This document shows, one piece after another, positions 12,012-22,800 of a stretch of 64,000 nt of DNA. The notes beneath the pieces are model-generated. The model saw nothing but the letters and a program-made list of their open reading frames with translations. It did no database searches and had not been told where the DNA came from. This DNA is from Azolla caroliniana. Lineage: Eukaryota > Plantae > Polypodiophyta. Position 1 is the first letter of the stretch, and each line of letters starts with the position of its first letter. The position numbers were made by a program, and so were the translations under genes. Location of the stretch: NCBI GenBank assembly GCA_043228905.1, contig JBHGNT010000015.1, forward strand, positions 17,732,001 through 17,796,000, read 5' to 3'.

Positions 12012-13767
12012 GAATGATTGTCTCCCAATTCTCGGAATGGTCTCGGGATGTGCGACCCTAGATCTTGCTATGCTAAGGTGGATCGCCTACATCAATTCTT
12101 TAAACCCAGACATCCGTCACATTGCAGGGAAGAAGAACGCCATGGCTGACATGCTGTCGAGGGCAAGATTTTCAAACGGAAGTAACATGGTTTCGGAAGA
12201 TGAAGATGTCGCCCTCGACTTCTTCAAGATGGCTTGATTGTCGGCGGAAGACCAGGACACCCAAACCCTCCACGCCTTCAACGAGAACGAGTAGGAAGGA
12301 GAGTGGTTACTCATTGGTAGATTCCTAAGAACATTGACGGTAGATGCTTCGTTGACAAAGGAGGAGGCCCTACGAATCCGAAAGAAAGCTTACCGATAAT
12401 TCTTGAAGGGAGGATTCCTTTGGCGACATCCAAAAAGAAGGACAGGAATACCACGCCGAGTGGTGGTAAAGAAAGAAGAGCAAGAGACGCTGATGACCGA
12501 ATTCCACGAGAGTGCTTGGGCAGGTCATAGAGGAACATGGGCGACGTTCGAAAAGTTGAAGGAGAAGTATTGGTGGCCAAGAATGTACAAAGATGTACTC
12601 CATTTCGTGTCCACATGCGAATCTTGCCAAATATATTCAAATATACGTCATCGTGATGAGTTAAAGCCGACATACCCACTCACCATACACTTCAAATGGA
12701 TGGTGGATCTGGTCTCGATGCCAATGGGAGTGGGACAAATGAAGTACTTAGCTCTGGCAAGGGAAGACTTGACAAATCAAGTGGAAGGACGAGCCTTGAC
12801 AAATAAGATGACTTCAGCCGTTTGCAAATTTCTACTTGAAGAAGTTGTTTGCCGATATGGATGTGTAGGGAAGATAGTGGCCGACCGAGGGGAGTTGGAC
12901 GCGCACGAAGCGACGGAGCTCTTCGAAAGACTAGGAGTGAAGCTCTCCCTCACGACTGCCTACAATCCGGAAGCAAATGGGAAGATCGAGCGAGGGCATG
13001 GACCTATCGTTAAAGCCATCGTACGGGCATGCAACGGTCGAGTCGGGAATTGGCCACGACTATTACCCTATGCCTTGTGGGCCGATAGAACGACACATAG
13101 CTCGGTGACAGGGTATATGCCGACGGAGCTTATGTATGGACAAAAGCCGATTATGCCCATCGAAAGGACGATCGCCTCATGGGTGGCGATACCGTGGGAG
13201 AACGAGATGAGCCGAGAAGAGTTATTAGCGGCGCGGATAAGGCAACTTGAAAGAAGACCTGAAGATTTAGAAAAAGCGCGAAAGATGATGAAGGCAGCCC
13301 AAGTAAAGAACAAAGTTCGGTTCGACAACACGCATCGACTTCGTCCCAAGAAGATTGAAGAAGGGGATTGGGTTTTGGTTTACGACAGCACCCTTGATAA
13401 TCAACACAGTACAACAAGGAAGTTCACAAGAAGATGGTTCGGGCCGTATGTGGTGACAAGTGCCAACGATAATGCCACATACCACCTTCCGGAACTAGAT
13501 GGATCAAGGTTGGCTGTACCCATTGCGGGAAAAAGAGTAAAGATTTTTAAGAAAAGACAAGACAAGGATCCTGACCTCGATTACCTCGACGATGAACATA
13601 ATAGGCCGGATGAAAATGAAGACATGGAGGAATCTAATTGATCATTGTAGGCCGGATGAAAATGAAGACATAATAGGCCGGAATCTAAATGAAGACATGG
13701 AGGAATCTAATCTCACTTCTTCTCTTCTTGGCACGTACCGTAGGACGTGCGGTTTAGTGGGGGTGGA

Positions 13768-14852
13768 TGTCGTGAAGATTTTCGGCAATAGTGTGAAAAT
13801 CCCATAAAACGTACGAAATCGAGTATGAATCACATAATACAATAACTGTGAAGATAACATTTTAAATAAATTTAATATCTAAGTAAAAAATGATGGAGGT
13901 TTCGAATACACTTTATTACACGAGAAACGGACAACTAAATGTCAAGATATGAGGGTATAAAGTTTGTGAAAGGAAAAGAGAAAATTGTGAGATATCCCAC
14001 ATAGGCACGACAAATACGGCTCTCATCATATATAAGGTAGAGCAAAAGATATTATCTTTGTGTCTATGTGTGGAGCATAGAGAGTTCAAGGTAACTTGAA
14101 CTAAGAGTGGAGGTGGGCTAGCTACTCGTAAAGGGTTTTGGTTGGGGGTTTTGGCCAACCAAAACCGGACCGGCGATGGAACCGGTATCCGGCGCCGGTG
14201 AGACGACGGCATCCGGCGAGGCACCGATAACCGACGGCATCCGGCGAACCGGCGTCCGGCGACTAGATAAATAAATATATAAATATATATACATATTTAC
14301 ATAGATAAGGTAAATATGAGGGCAAGTAAGGATTCGAATCTTGCACCTCCAAGTTAGGAGTCAATTGGCTTACCATTAAGCCATGGTATTTAGTTGAAAT
14401 TATATTTCTATCATTGTACTTTTACATGTAAATTCTCATACATGAGAGCTAAAATGAGTGACATGGTTATCATGCACCACATGTAACACGTAAGCGCCAA
14501 ATGGCAAACATGCAATTTATGCATGTCTTGTACCCTCACATGCATCATATGCATGAGAGCATCTATAAAAGAAGGAAGGGGGAGGAGAAAAAACACGGTT
14601 TTTTTTTTATGAAAATTAAGAGGAAGAAATTCGTTATCAAATTGATCGTGTAACTTGTTTCTTAAATCTAAAGTTAAAAGTTCAATCAATCTCTCTCAAT
14701 CGTGTGATCCCAACTTCTCTCTTTCCCAATCTATCTTAAGTACTTTCTCGCTAAAGCTTGCGCCAAAGCTTGTACCGACTTTGAATCCTTCCGGTCGAGA
14801 ACCCCGGCGGTTCCGCCTCACGATCCGCGCGTAGTGACGGATCTTCACGACA
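13768..14852 (+). repeat. 3' LTR of element A (1085 bp)
   Basis: TGTCGTGAAGAT...ATCTTCACGACA inverted termini; follows the PPT; homologous to the split LTR at 15185-25721. Confidence 0.85.
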
Positions 14853-15940
14853 ACGATAGTAGCCTTGACAATCAACATAGTACAACAAGAAAGGTCACTA
14901 GAAGACGGTTCGGGTCGTATGTGGTGACAAGTGCCAATGATAATGCCACATACCACCTTGCGGAGCTAGACGGATCAAGGTTGGTCGTACCCATTGCGGG
15001 AAAAAGAGTAAAGATTTTCAAGAAAAGACAAGACGAGGATCCTGACCTCGATCACCTCCACAATGAACATAATAGGACGGATGTAAATGAAGACATGGAG
15101 GAATCTAATTGATCACCGTAGCCGAAATCTCACTTTCTCTCTTCTTGGCACGTACCGAAGGACGTGCGATTTGGTGGGGGTAGATGTTGTGAAGATTTTC
15201 GACAATAGTGTGAAAATCACATAAAACGTACAAAATCGAGTATAAATCACATAAAACAATAATAGTGAAGATAACATTTTAAATAAGTTTAATATCTAAG
15301 TACAAAATGATAGAGGTCTTCAAGAGCTTTCGAATGTACTTTATTACACGAGAAACGGACAACTAAATGTCAAGATATGAGGGTATAAAGTTTGTGAAAG
15401 GAAAAGAGAAAACTTAATATCTAAGTACAAAATGATAGAGGTCTTCAAGAGCTTTCGAATGTACTTTATTACACGAGAAACGAACAACTAAATGTCAAGA
15501 TATGAGGGTATAAAGTTTGTGAAAGGAAAAGAGAAAACTGTGAGATATCCCACATAGGCACGGCAAATACGGCTCTCATCATATATAAAGTAGAACGAAA
15601 GCTATTATCTTTGTGTCTATATGTGGAGCATAGAGAGTTCAAGGTAACTTGAACTAAGAGTGGAGGTGGCCTAGCTACTCGTAAAGGGTTTTGACCAACC
15701 AAAACTGGTCCGGCGATGGAGCTGGTGATCCGACGACATCCAGCGGCGGAGAGACGACGGCATCCGGCGAACCGGCGTCTGGCGACTAGATGAATAAATA
15801 TATAAGTATATATATATATACAAGGAGGGCAAGTAAGGATTCGAACCTTGCACCTCCAAGTTAGGAGTCAATTGGCTTACCACTAAGCCATGACATTTAG
15901 TTAAATTTATATTTTTATCATTGTACTTTTATATGTAAAT

Positions 15941-15976
15941 AACACGTTCGCGTTCACAAGTGGAAGGATCGCGCAT
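15941..15976 (+). repeat. Left TIR
   Basis: Reverse complement of 25233-25268 with 2 C/T mismatches. Confidence 0.95.
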
Positions 15977-16298
15977 AAATGGAAGGAGAAGGGAAATTTT
16001 AGGGGTTTTTCAATGATTTTACAAAACACATTGATACCAGTATCATACAAGTTCAAACATACTATGAAAAAGGTTAAAAATCCACTATTTTCGTGATTTA
16101 GAAGTAACTAAAAAAAGACGAATTTCAAAAACATACATTCTCAATTTATATCACAAACTTTACAACCAATGTTATTTTATAAGAAACGATTTTTGGGAAA
16201 TCATAAGAATTCAAAACACATGATTTTATATTACTCGATTTGTTACAAGCGGAATGTAGTTACACTTAATAGCCAAATATACATTCATGATCACTCCT

Positions 16299-19079
16299 TT
16301 ACGGAGAATCACTACTATAACTAATATACAATGACGATTCCTCCTCATCATCCTCGGATGTACCAATCAGTGCATTATCTTCGTCATAAACCAAATGGTT
16401 TGACTCTAGATTATATGTAGCAGATCTCGTTTGCCTTTGACTCGAGCCACCTTGTAGACCTGGTAATTTTTCTTTTATTATATCTATTGTTGACTTCCTT
16501 AATCGTCCGGCTTTTGTAAGTGTGAAGTCGTACACGATGATATCCACATCAGAGATATCAAGGGTCGAGGTGTTACGAATGTTTCGCTTCCTCTTCCTAC
16601 CTCCCCTTCTTGTTTGGCATTCAATCATCTCCAATGTATACTTACCTGTAAAAGCATTTGCACTTCTAGTGTTGTACCAATGAACATTTATAGACTTGAT
16701 CGTGTTTTCTATTTCATGCATTAGCACTTCTAGAATTTTACCAACCCAAAATTGGTGGCCATGTGAGTTCTCATCAGCCGGCGTTGCAATCAACATCCCC
16801 GCGGTGAGCTCTTGCAAATTTCCTTGCCATCTAGCTTCGGCTGCTTTGGTCATCCTTGGTCCCACATAAATGTCTCTTTGTTGTGGATGGACCAAGCTGT
16901 CATTAATCGCATTTACTAGTCGCTCTGGACTTCTATTTACGCGATCATGTTGCAGCGACCATGTGAATGGCGTTTCCAAATTCCAATTATCAACAGATAC
17001 ACAATTGTCTATAATTTCTTTCTGATCATTATAAAATACATCCCACCATGACGTGTCTTGTTGTGCGGCATATTTCTTGGCGGCCTCAATATGTTTTCTT
17101 TTTTCTTCTAAGGCTTGGAGCCATGACCGTTTTTGTTCTAATACCAAGTCGCTCTGCAACTGTCCTTTCTTCTCAATTGGCATTTGCTTAGCTCCATGGA
17201 CAATTGTACTCGGCATACAAAGTAATAACTGGCAACCACCTTCAGGTTCCCATGTTGTAGAAGATGAATATTGTTTAGCATACAAAAGTGTAGAACCACT
17301 TATTCCATTTTTCTTTATCAAAAAAATGTGATTGAAACTTATATTGTTTAACTGAGCAAGCACTTTAACATTCCCACCACCCCCATCTAATATATATCTC
17401 TTAAAGTCATATACCTCCTTCAAGTGTAACACTTTTGGGCGTGGTGTATATGCATCACAAATGACATCAAATAGTTTAGGTAAAGTGAAAGCATCATGCC
17501 GAGACAACTGTCTGGAGAATGTGCTAAACATCTGATCTATATGGTCATGTGTGTGGCCAACCAAAAGGAAATTGACTTTCACTTTCCTAAACAATTCTAG
17601 GTTGACCAACATACTTAGATAGCCAAATACAGTTGAATTTTTGTTCTCTCTAGCAGTATTGTCCAATTGAATGTATAGAACAGGGGGGAAAGGTTGTCCC
17701 CAAGACATCAAAACTCGGTGAATCACTGTAACTGTTAGGTTAGGGTCATTGTGAACATTGGGGTAAGTAATGAAGACGTGAGGTCGAACAGACCTATTAT
17801 AAGCCAAGCATCCCACCAAGTGCATTTGAACAAGGCACTCATCATTGACATCTTTGGGGAGCCTCCGCATATGCGGCAAGCATGTCTTCTTCTGGTCCAT
17901 GCCATCTATCATTAAGCACATGTATTGTTCAGGCCTCTTCAAACACTTCTCTCTATGATGCATCGCCTTCCTTCGTTCTAAGGATTGTGCCTCATGATGC
18001 TCTTGTAGTAACTTCTTACTCGTATCCTTTTCCATTGATGTCTTTGCACCTTTAGCCAAACTTTTAAGATTTGCACAAATGGAGCAATAACCCATACGTA
18101 CTTTACGAGGAATAATAACATTTGAAAACCGAGCTCTCCATAATCTTGTGAATTGGCTATAGGTGATAGACTTATTACGTGAGCCCAGCATTTCAGATCG
18201 ATAGACATCATAAACTTCCCGACGGGTATAATTATCAGAAAGATGCATCCTACCTGTAGTGGGCATTACTTCACAATTTAACTGAAAGTAAGTTTTCATC
18301 CAACCAATAGCTAGTCTTCCAATTGCACCTTTCATACTTGGAACCTCTTTACAATTGAGCATCTGATCCCCGCTAAGTAGACGTTGTTGTACTCTATGTA
18401 GCCGCATGTTACTAACACATAACACAATTTTGAATGCAACTCTACATATCTGTTGCGCATGGAAGATATAATACTCGAATGATACTTTGATCCCCGTACA
18501 TTTGTCAGATACTAGTTGCATATGTGATCCGAGGTAAGTGTCTTGCTCATCACCGGTCATTGAAAAATAGTATCGCCTTAATTCTCGCAACTTTGATTTT
18601 CCAATCATAGACATACAACCACGGGCACAACATATTTTGTTGACATCAAATCCAATCTGTTTATCTGATGTCACCAAGCTAAATCTAGCCAGATGAATTC
18701 TTCGTGGGATTCTTCTAATATGCATAGGGCTCCCAGATTTCTCTTCCTGCATAGAGGTTGGTGTAACCTTGTTACAGTCTAATTCTCTGTTCTGACCATC
18801 GCCAATGTTATTCAATGTTTCCTGGGCACTTCCTTCATTCTCGGTATCTTTATTAATATCGTATTCTTCAATAGAGAACTCTTCACATGTGTCATTATTT
18901 ACATTCCCTGTAGATGAGCTCAGACAATATTCTTCGATAGAATATGGTGAGTCGGTCGAAAGACAATATTCTTCAATCGAATATGGTGACTCTGTTGACA
19001 AACAATACTCTTCAGTAGAAAACGATGGGTCTGATGACAAACAATATTCTTCAATCGAGAACGGTGAATCTTCACTCAT
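16299..19079 (-). CDS. DDD-type transposase, Sola-like (DUF7869-type core), 926 aa, intact
   Basis: CSIC..H upstream of LMIDGMDQKK (D), YIQLDNTARENKN (D) and FLLVGHTHDHIDQMFS (D). Uninterrupted ORF inside the TIRs. Confidence 0.85.
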   Translation of the reverse strand: MSEDSPFSIEEYCLSSDPSFSTEEYCLSTESPYSIEEYCLSTDSPYSIEEYCLSSSTGNVNNDTCEEFSIEEYDINKDTENEGSAQETLNNIGDGQNRELDCNKVTPTSMQEEKSGSPMHIRRIPRRIHLARFSLVTSDKQIGFDVNKICCARGCMSMIGKSKLRELRRYYFSMTGDEQDTYLGSHMQLVSDKCTGIKVSFEYYIFHAQQICRVAFKIVLCVSNMRLHRVQQRLLSGDQMLNCKEVPSMKGAIGRLAIGWMKTYFQLNCEVMPTTGRMHLSDNYTRREVYDVYRSEMLGSRNKSITYSQFTRLWRARFSNVIIPRKVRMGYCSICANLKSLAKGAKTSMEKDTSKKLLQEHHEAQSLERRKAMHHREKCLKRPEQYMCLMIDGMDQKKTCLPHMRRLPKDVNDECLVQMHLVGCLAYNRSVRPHVFITYPNVHNDPNLTVTVIHRVLMSWGQPFPPVLYIQLDNTARENKNSTVFGYLSMLVNLELFRKVKVNFLLVGHTHDHIDQMFSTFSRQLSRHDAFTLPKLFDVICDAYTPRPKVLHLKEVYDFKRYILDGGGGNVKVLAQLNNISFNHIFLIKKNGISGSTLLYAKQYSSSTTWEPEGGCQLLLCMPSTIVHGAKQMPIEKKGQLQSDLVLEQKRSWLQALEEKRKHIEAAKKYAAQQDTSWWDVFYNDQKEIIDNCVSVDNWNLETPFTWSLQHDRVNRSPERLVNAINDSLVHPQQRDIYVGPRMTKAAEARWQGNLQELTAGMLIATPADENSHGHQFWVGKILEVLMHEIENTIKSINVHWYNTRSANAFTGKYTLEMIECQTRRGGRKRKRNIRNTSTLDISDVDIIVYDFTLTKAGRLRKSTIDIIKEKLPGLQGGSSQRQTRSATYNLESNHLVYDEDNALIGTSEDDEEESSLYISYSSDSP

Positions 19080-19751
19080 GGCTTAAGGTCTAGATAGGGC
19101 TCTCTAAGTTATACTCCTCTCTAACCATATACTCCTCCCTAAACATAAACTTCTCTCTAAACAAAAGCCAAATCAATAGAATGTCTATATTATGTAATAT
19201 TCTATTAAAATACAATACATCTAAAAATTATTTTTAATAAAGTAATTTAACTTAAATTATCAATCATTATATAAACTAGATCTAAATGATGTTAAATCAA
19301 GTAAAATATAAAACTAATCATTAACAAGCCTTGAATATGTTGGATTAATGTTAAAATCATTGGCTAATTAATGACACCCATTTTGATATAGAATGTCTCA
19401 CTCATTGATTCTTTAATGCTCACCATTTTAAATATTAGACTTATCAATCATTGGTTAATTCATGCCCACATCTTTAATACATAACTATTGAGAGTCATAA
19501 AAAATTTTGCTTTTAGTAATCAATCATTGGTACATTCATGAACCTCTATCATTGTCTCCTTCATAACCTTTGCAATGATTGTAGGTTGTTATGAGTATAA
19601 AAGATTGATCAATATGTTAGTTTGACTTTGTAATCATTAATACAATCATAAGTTACTATAGTTAATGTGACTATGGTTACAAACTAACTATCCTCAAAGT
19701 TACCAACATTGGTTAAGGTGACTATGGTTACTTTAACCATGGGTTCAATCC

Positions 19752-19760
19752 CTATAAATA
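19752..19760 (+). promoter_or_regulatory. Probable TATA box of the ParB-methyltransferase gene
   Basis: CTATAAATA about 130 bp upstream of the ATG at 19885 (AACCATGT context). Confidence 0.55.
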
Positions 19761-19884
19761 GGAAGACCTCATCATATTTTACTCACCAGAGCGTACAGAG
19801 CGTACAGAGCACTCAGAGCACACAGAGCACTCAAGGCACAAAGCACGAAAGCGCGATCTCCGCCTCCACACAACACGATCAACC

Positions 19885-22800
19885 ATGTCTTCCAAGAGAG
19901 TCGAGCGCGAGGAGTCCAGGTAGGCCTCTGACACTGTGGACATTTTTGTAAATATGTTTCGTTTCCCAAGAACTCGATACGGCGTATCGAGTTCATGTAT
20001 ACAATACAAATATTTATACACGAACTCGATACGGCGTATCGAGTTCGTGTGTAAATATTTGTATTGTATACATGAACTCGATACGGCGTATCGAGTTCGT
20101 GTTTAAAGTGTAGGTTTTAAACACGAACTCGATACGGCGTATCGAGTTCGTGTATAAAGTGTAGGTTTTAAACACGAACTCGATACGCCGTATCGAGTTC
20201 GTGTTTAAAGTGTAGGTTTTAAACACGAACTCGATACGCCGTATCGAGTTCGTGTATAAAGTGTAGGTTTTAAACACGAACTCGATACGCCGTATCGAGT
20301 TCGTGTATAAAGTGTAGGTTTTAAACACGAACTCGATACGCCGTATCGAGTTCGTGTATAAAGTGTAGGTTTTAAACACGAACTCGATAACGCCCACGAA
20401 CTCGATACGGCGTTATCGAGTTCGTGTTTAAAACCTACACTTTATACACGAACTCGATACGGCGTATCGAGTTCGTGTTTAAAACCTACACTTTATACAC
20501 GAACTCGATACGCCGTATCGAGTTCGTGTTTAAAACCTACACTTTAAACACGAACTCGATACGCCGTATCGAGTTCGTGTTTAAAGTGTAGCCTTTGAGA
20601 GAGAAAAATCGTTTACGGGGTGGAAATGATATCAAATTGTCTGGCAAAATCAGTGTTTTTTATGTTGACTTTACTTACGTTTAAACAAATACATGCTCTA
20701 ATTATAGGTGTTTTATGACCTACTTTAGCTTAAAATAGTAGAAAATGATATACAAATTGCCTTCACTATGGCAAATTCTCCTCAATATAGGTTTAGAATC
20801 TATATAAGTCACACCTACTATTTAAAAGAATATACAACCCGTTTTACTTATTACGATATATATTTTCTAGGTTGAATAGCCCTGCCTATAATAGATTTTT
20901 GAATATAGGACTGCTCCTGGAAACTGTTCTTCATTATAATAACAACTTCAATCTACGTGACTGTCTAACTTATGTTTTTGCATATACTTTCTTAAATAGG
21001 TCGTTTGAGAACCTGTCAGACCGACCCGTAAAGAAAATTAAGCTTCGCATACAAGGTTCTCCAATCGAAGCCCAGACCAAGGTAACTCCGGAGACCATGA
21101 AGAGAGGAAAAAAGCTTCTCTTTAACGAAGAGACAAAATCTCAGCCACATAATGATGTAAGCCAAAAGAAACTTGTCGCCGCTACTGGAGGCGAAGACCT
21201 TCCTGACCGAGATCTAACGGACAAGGAATGGTGTATGCAATATGTCGACTCAAAGAAAAAAGTCGTATTGTATACAGCAAAGAAGAAGGGTGAGGGGCAG
21301 CTAGGAAAAGAAACTCCATTTATGTATGGCCGAATTCTACGATTTGACTACGAAGATGCAGATTCAGCCAACATACTGGTAATGATAGAGTGCTCCAAGG
21401 GGGTACGCAAAGTGTTCCTTTCAGAAGACCTTTTAGTAAAGGAATCTTGTGGGCCTGAAGTGTTCAAAAAAGCACTTGATAACTCACAAAACCTGATTGT
21501 TACCTTGAGGCCTTATATACAAGGCCATGTAACTCTAAGAGATGAAGAGCCCTCCCACGTGAAGGCCACTAAAAAGGTATCCAAAGTCCAGTCAAGACCA
21601 GCCAAGAAGAAGACAACGAAAATGTCGGATACGGATTCGACAAGTGAAAATGAAGAAGAGGATAATAAGGGGACGCCAGGAGCCGAGCTGGCCTCGGGTG
21701 TCCTGTCATCCGAGCAGAATAAAATAAGGAGAGAGTTAATGCAACGGAAGCTGGTCAGGAAAGGGCAAGTATTTAATTTGCCTATAACACACATCCATCG
21801 GCCCCCTATTGATGAAAAAACAGGTCGAAGACCACTTGAGATTAGAGAGCCTCATCGCATGCATGTTCAAAATCTCAAGAAAAAAATGAAAATTAATCCT
21901 CATGCCACAGTGGTGCCTTTTATTGTTATGGTGGATCCTGAAGAATGCGAAACCATTGAAGATTTTGATATCAGAAAGCATGATCAATATAATTATTTTG
22001 TCATTGGTGGATCGCATTCAGCAGAGGCACGTCGGCAACTTGTGAGAGAACATCCAACCACTTTCTTCTTCAAGTATGCCGAGTGCAAAATTTATGTTGG
22101 GCTCACAACCGAAGAGGCTAAGCTGTTGGCATGGGACCATAATAATGATAATGACTATAGGCAGAAAATGTCGTCTATTGAGCGTATACGGTTCTTCCAC
22201 CACGAGTATTTAGATGTGAAACAAAAGTTTGGTGTGAAGTTACATCCAGGCCTTCGACGTCAATGTCTTCATGAAGTCGGCATTGTGGTAGATGATAATG
22301 TTAGGTCCGATGGTCTTCGAAAGTATGAATCTTGGTTTCAATTAGCGTTTAGAGATGGAGAAGTATGGGACCTCCAAGATCAAATCTTCTCAATGTGGGA
22401 GAATAAGGAGGTAAAGGGTCAACGACAAAAGAAATGTAGGGTTGACCCTCAACTAGAATTAAAGTCACAAGCCGCCAAGAAAATTGATTTGACAATTGAA
22501 GAAGCGGCAGACGACATGAAGCTGTCTCTATGGAGAGCGATGCAAGGTATTAAGGACGAGCAGCTTCTTGTGTCGGTTTTGTCAAGGGTTGTGGCGAAAG
22601 ATTTAAGCCTTGAAGAAATGGTCACCGAGTTCAATAAGTAAGTCTTTCAAATACTGAAATTGTAGTCTATCTGGTGTAATTCAAAGTTCTAATCTTGATT
22701 TCTAATTTTACAGTCATAAGGTGTACATGAAGATCCAAGAAGTAATGATGAAACAACTTGGATGTATAACTTGGGAACAAGTGACCGAGGATTATCCTCT

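Larger units (their letters stand above)
4769..13641 (+). pseudogene. pol of element A (RT-RNase H 4769-6230; RNase H tail and integrase 12017-13641), split by an insertion and containing stops
   Basis: RT motifs WFTVPKKNGSLRFIQDLQPVN, DLYSGYDQ, LPQG and PFFDD. Removing 6231-12016 restores VIIENDCLPILGM. Integrase has HHCC (H..GH..CESC), D (WMVDLV), D (VADRG) and E (NGKIER). In-frame stops lie near 12235, 12292 and 12397. Confidence 0.85.
3941..14852 (+). mobile_element. Ty3/Gypsy element A (fungal-type 'HWARAT' lineage, same lineage as element C); 5' part outside the window, interrupted by a Tcn1-like element
   Basis: Gag-PR tail, RT/RNase H, integrase, PPT GGTTTAGTGGGGGTGGA and 3' LTR TGTCGTG...CACGACA (13768-14852). 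Its proteins closely match those of 54879-60607. Confidence 0.85.

Noticed and set aside
20014-20397. 127-aa ORF with a 17-aa repeat
   Set aside because: It is just the translation of the 51-bp palindrome array, antisense to an intron.
19969-20590. CRISPR-like array of palindromic repeats
   Set aside because: The spacers are near-identical rather than unique, no cas genes are present and the context is a spliceosomal intron.
20872-20999. N-terminal 43 aa of the 589-aa ORF in the track
   Set aside because: Non-ATG start; the region has a branch point CTAAC and an acceptor AG at 20998-20999, so it is better explained as the end of intron 1.
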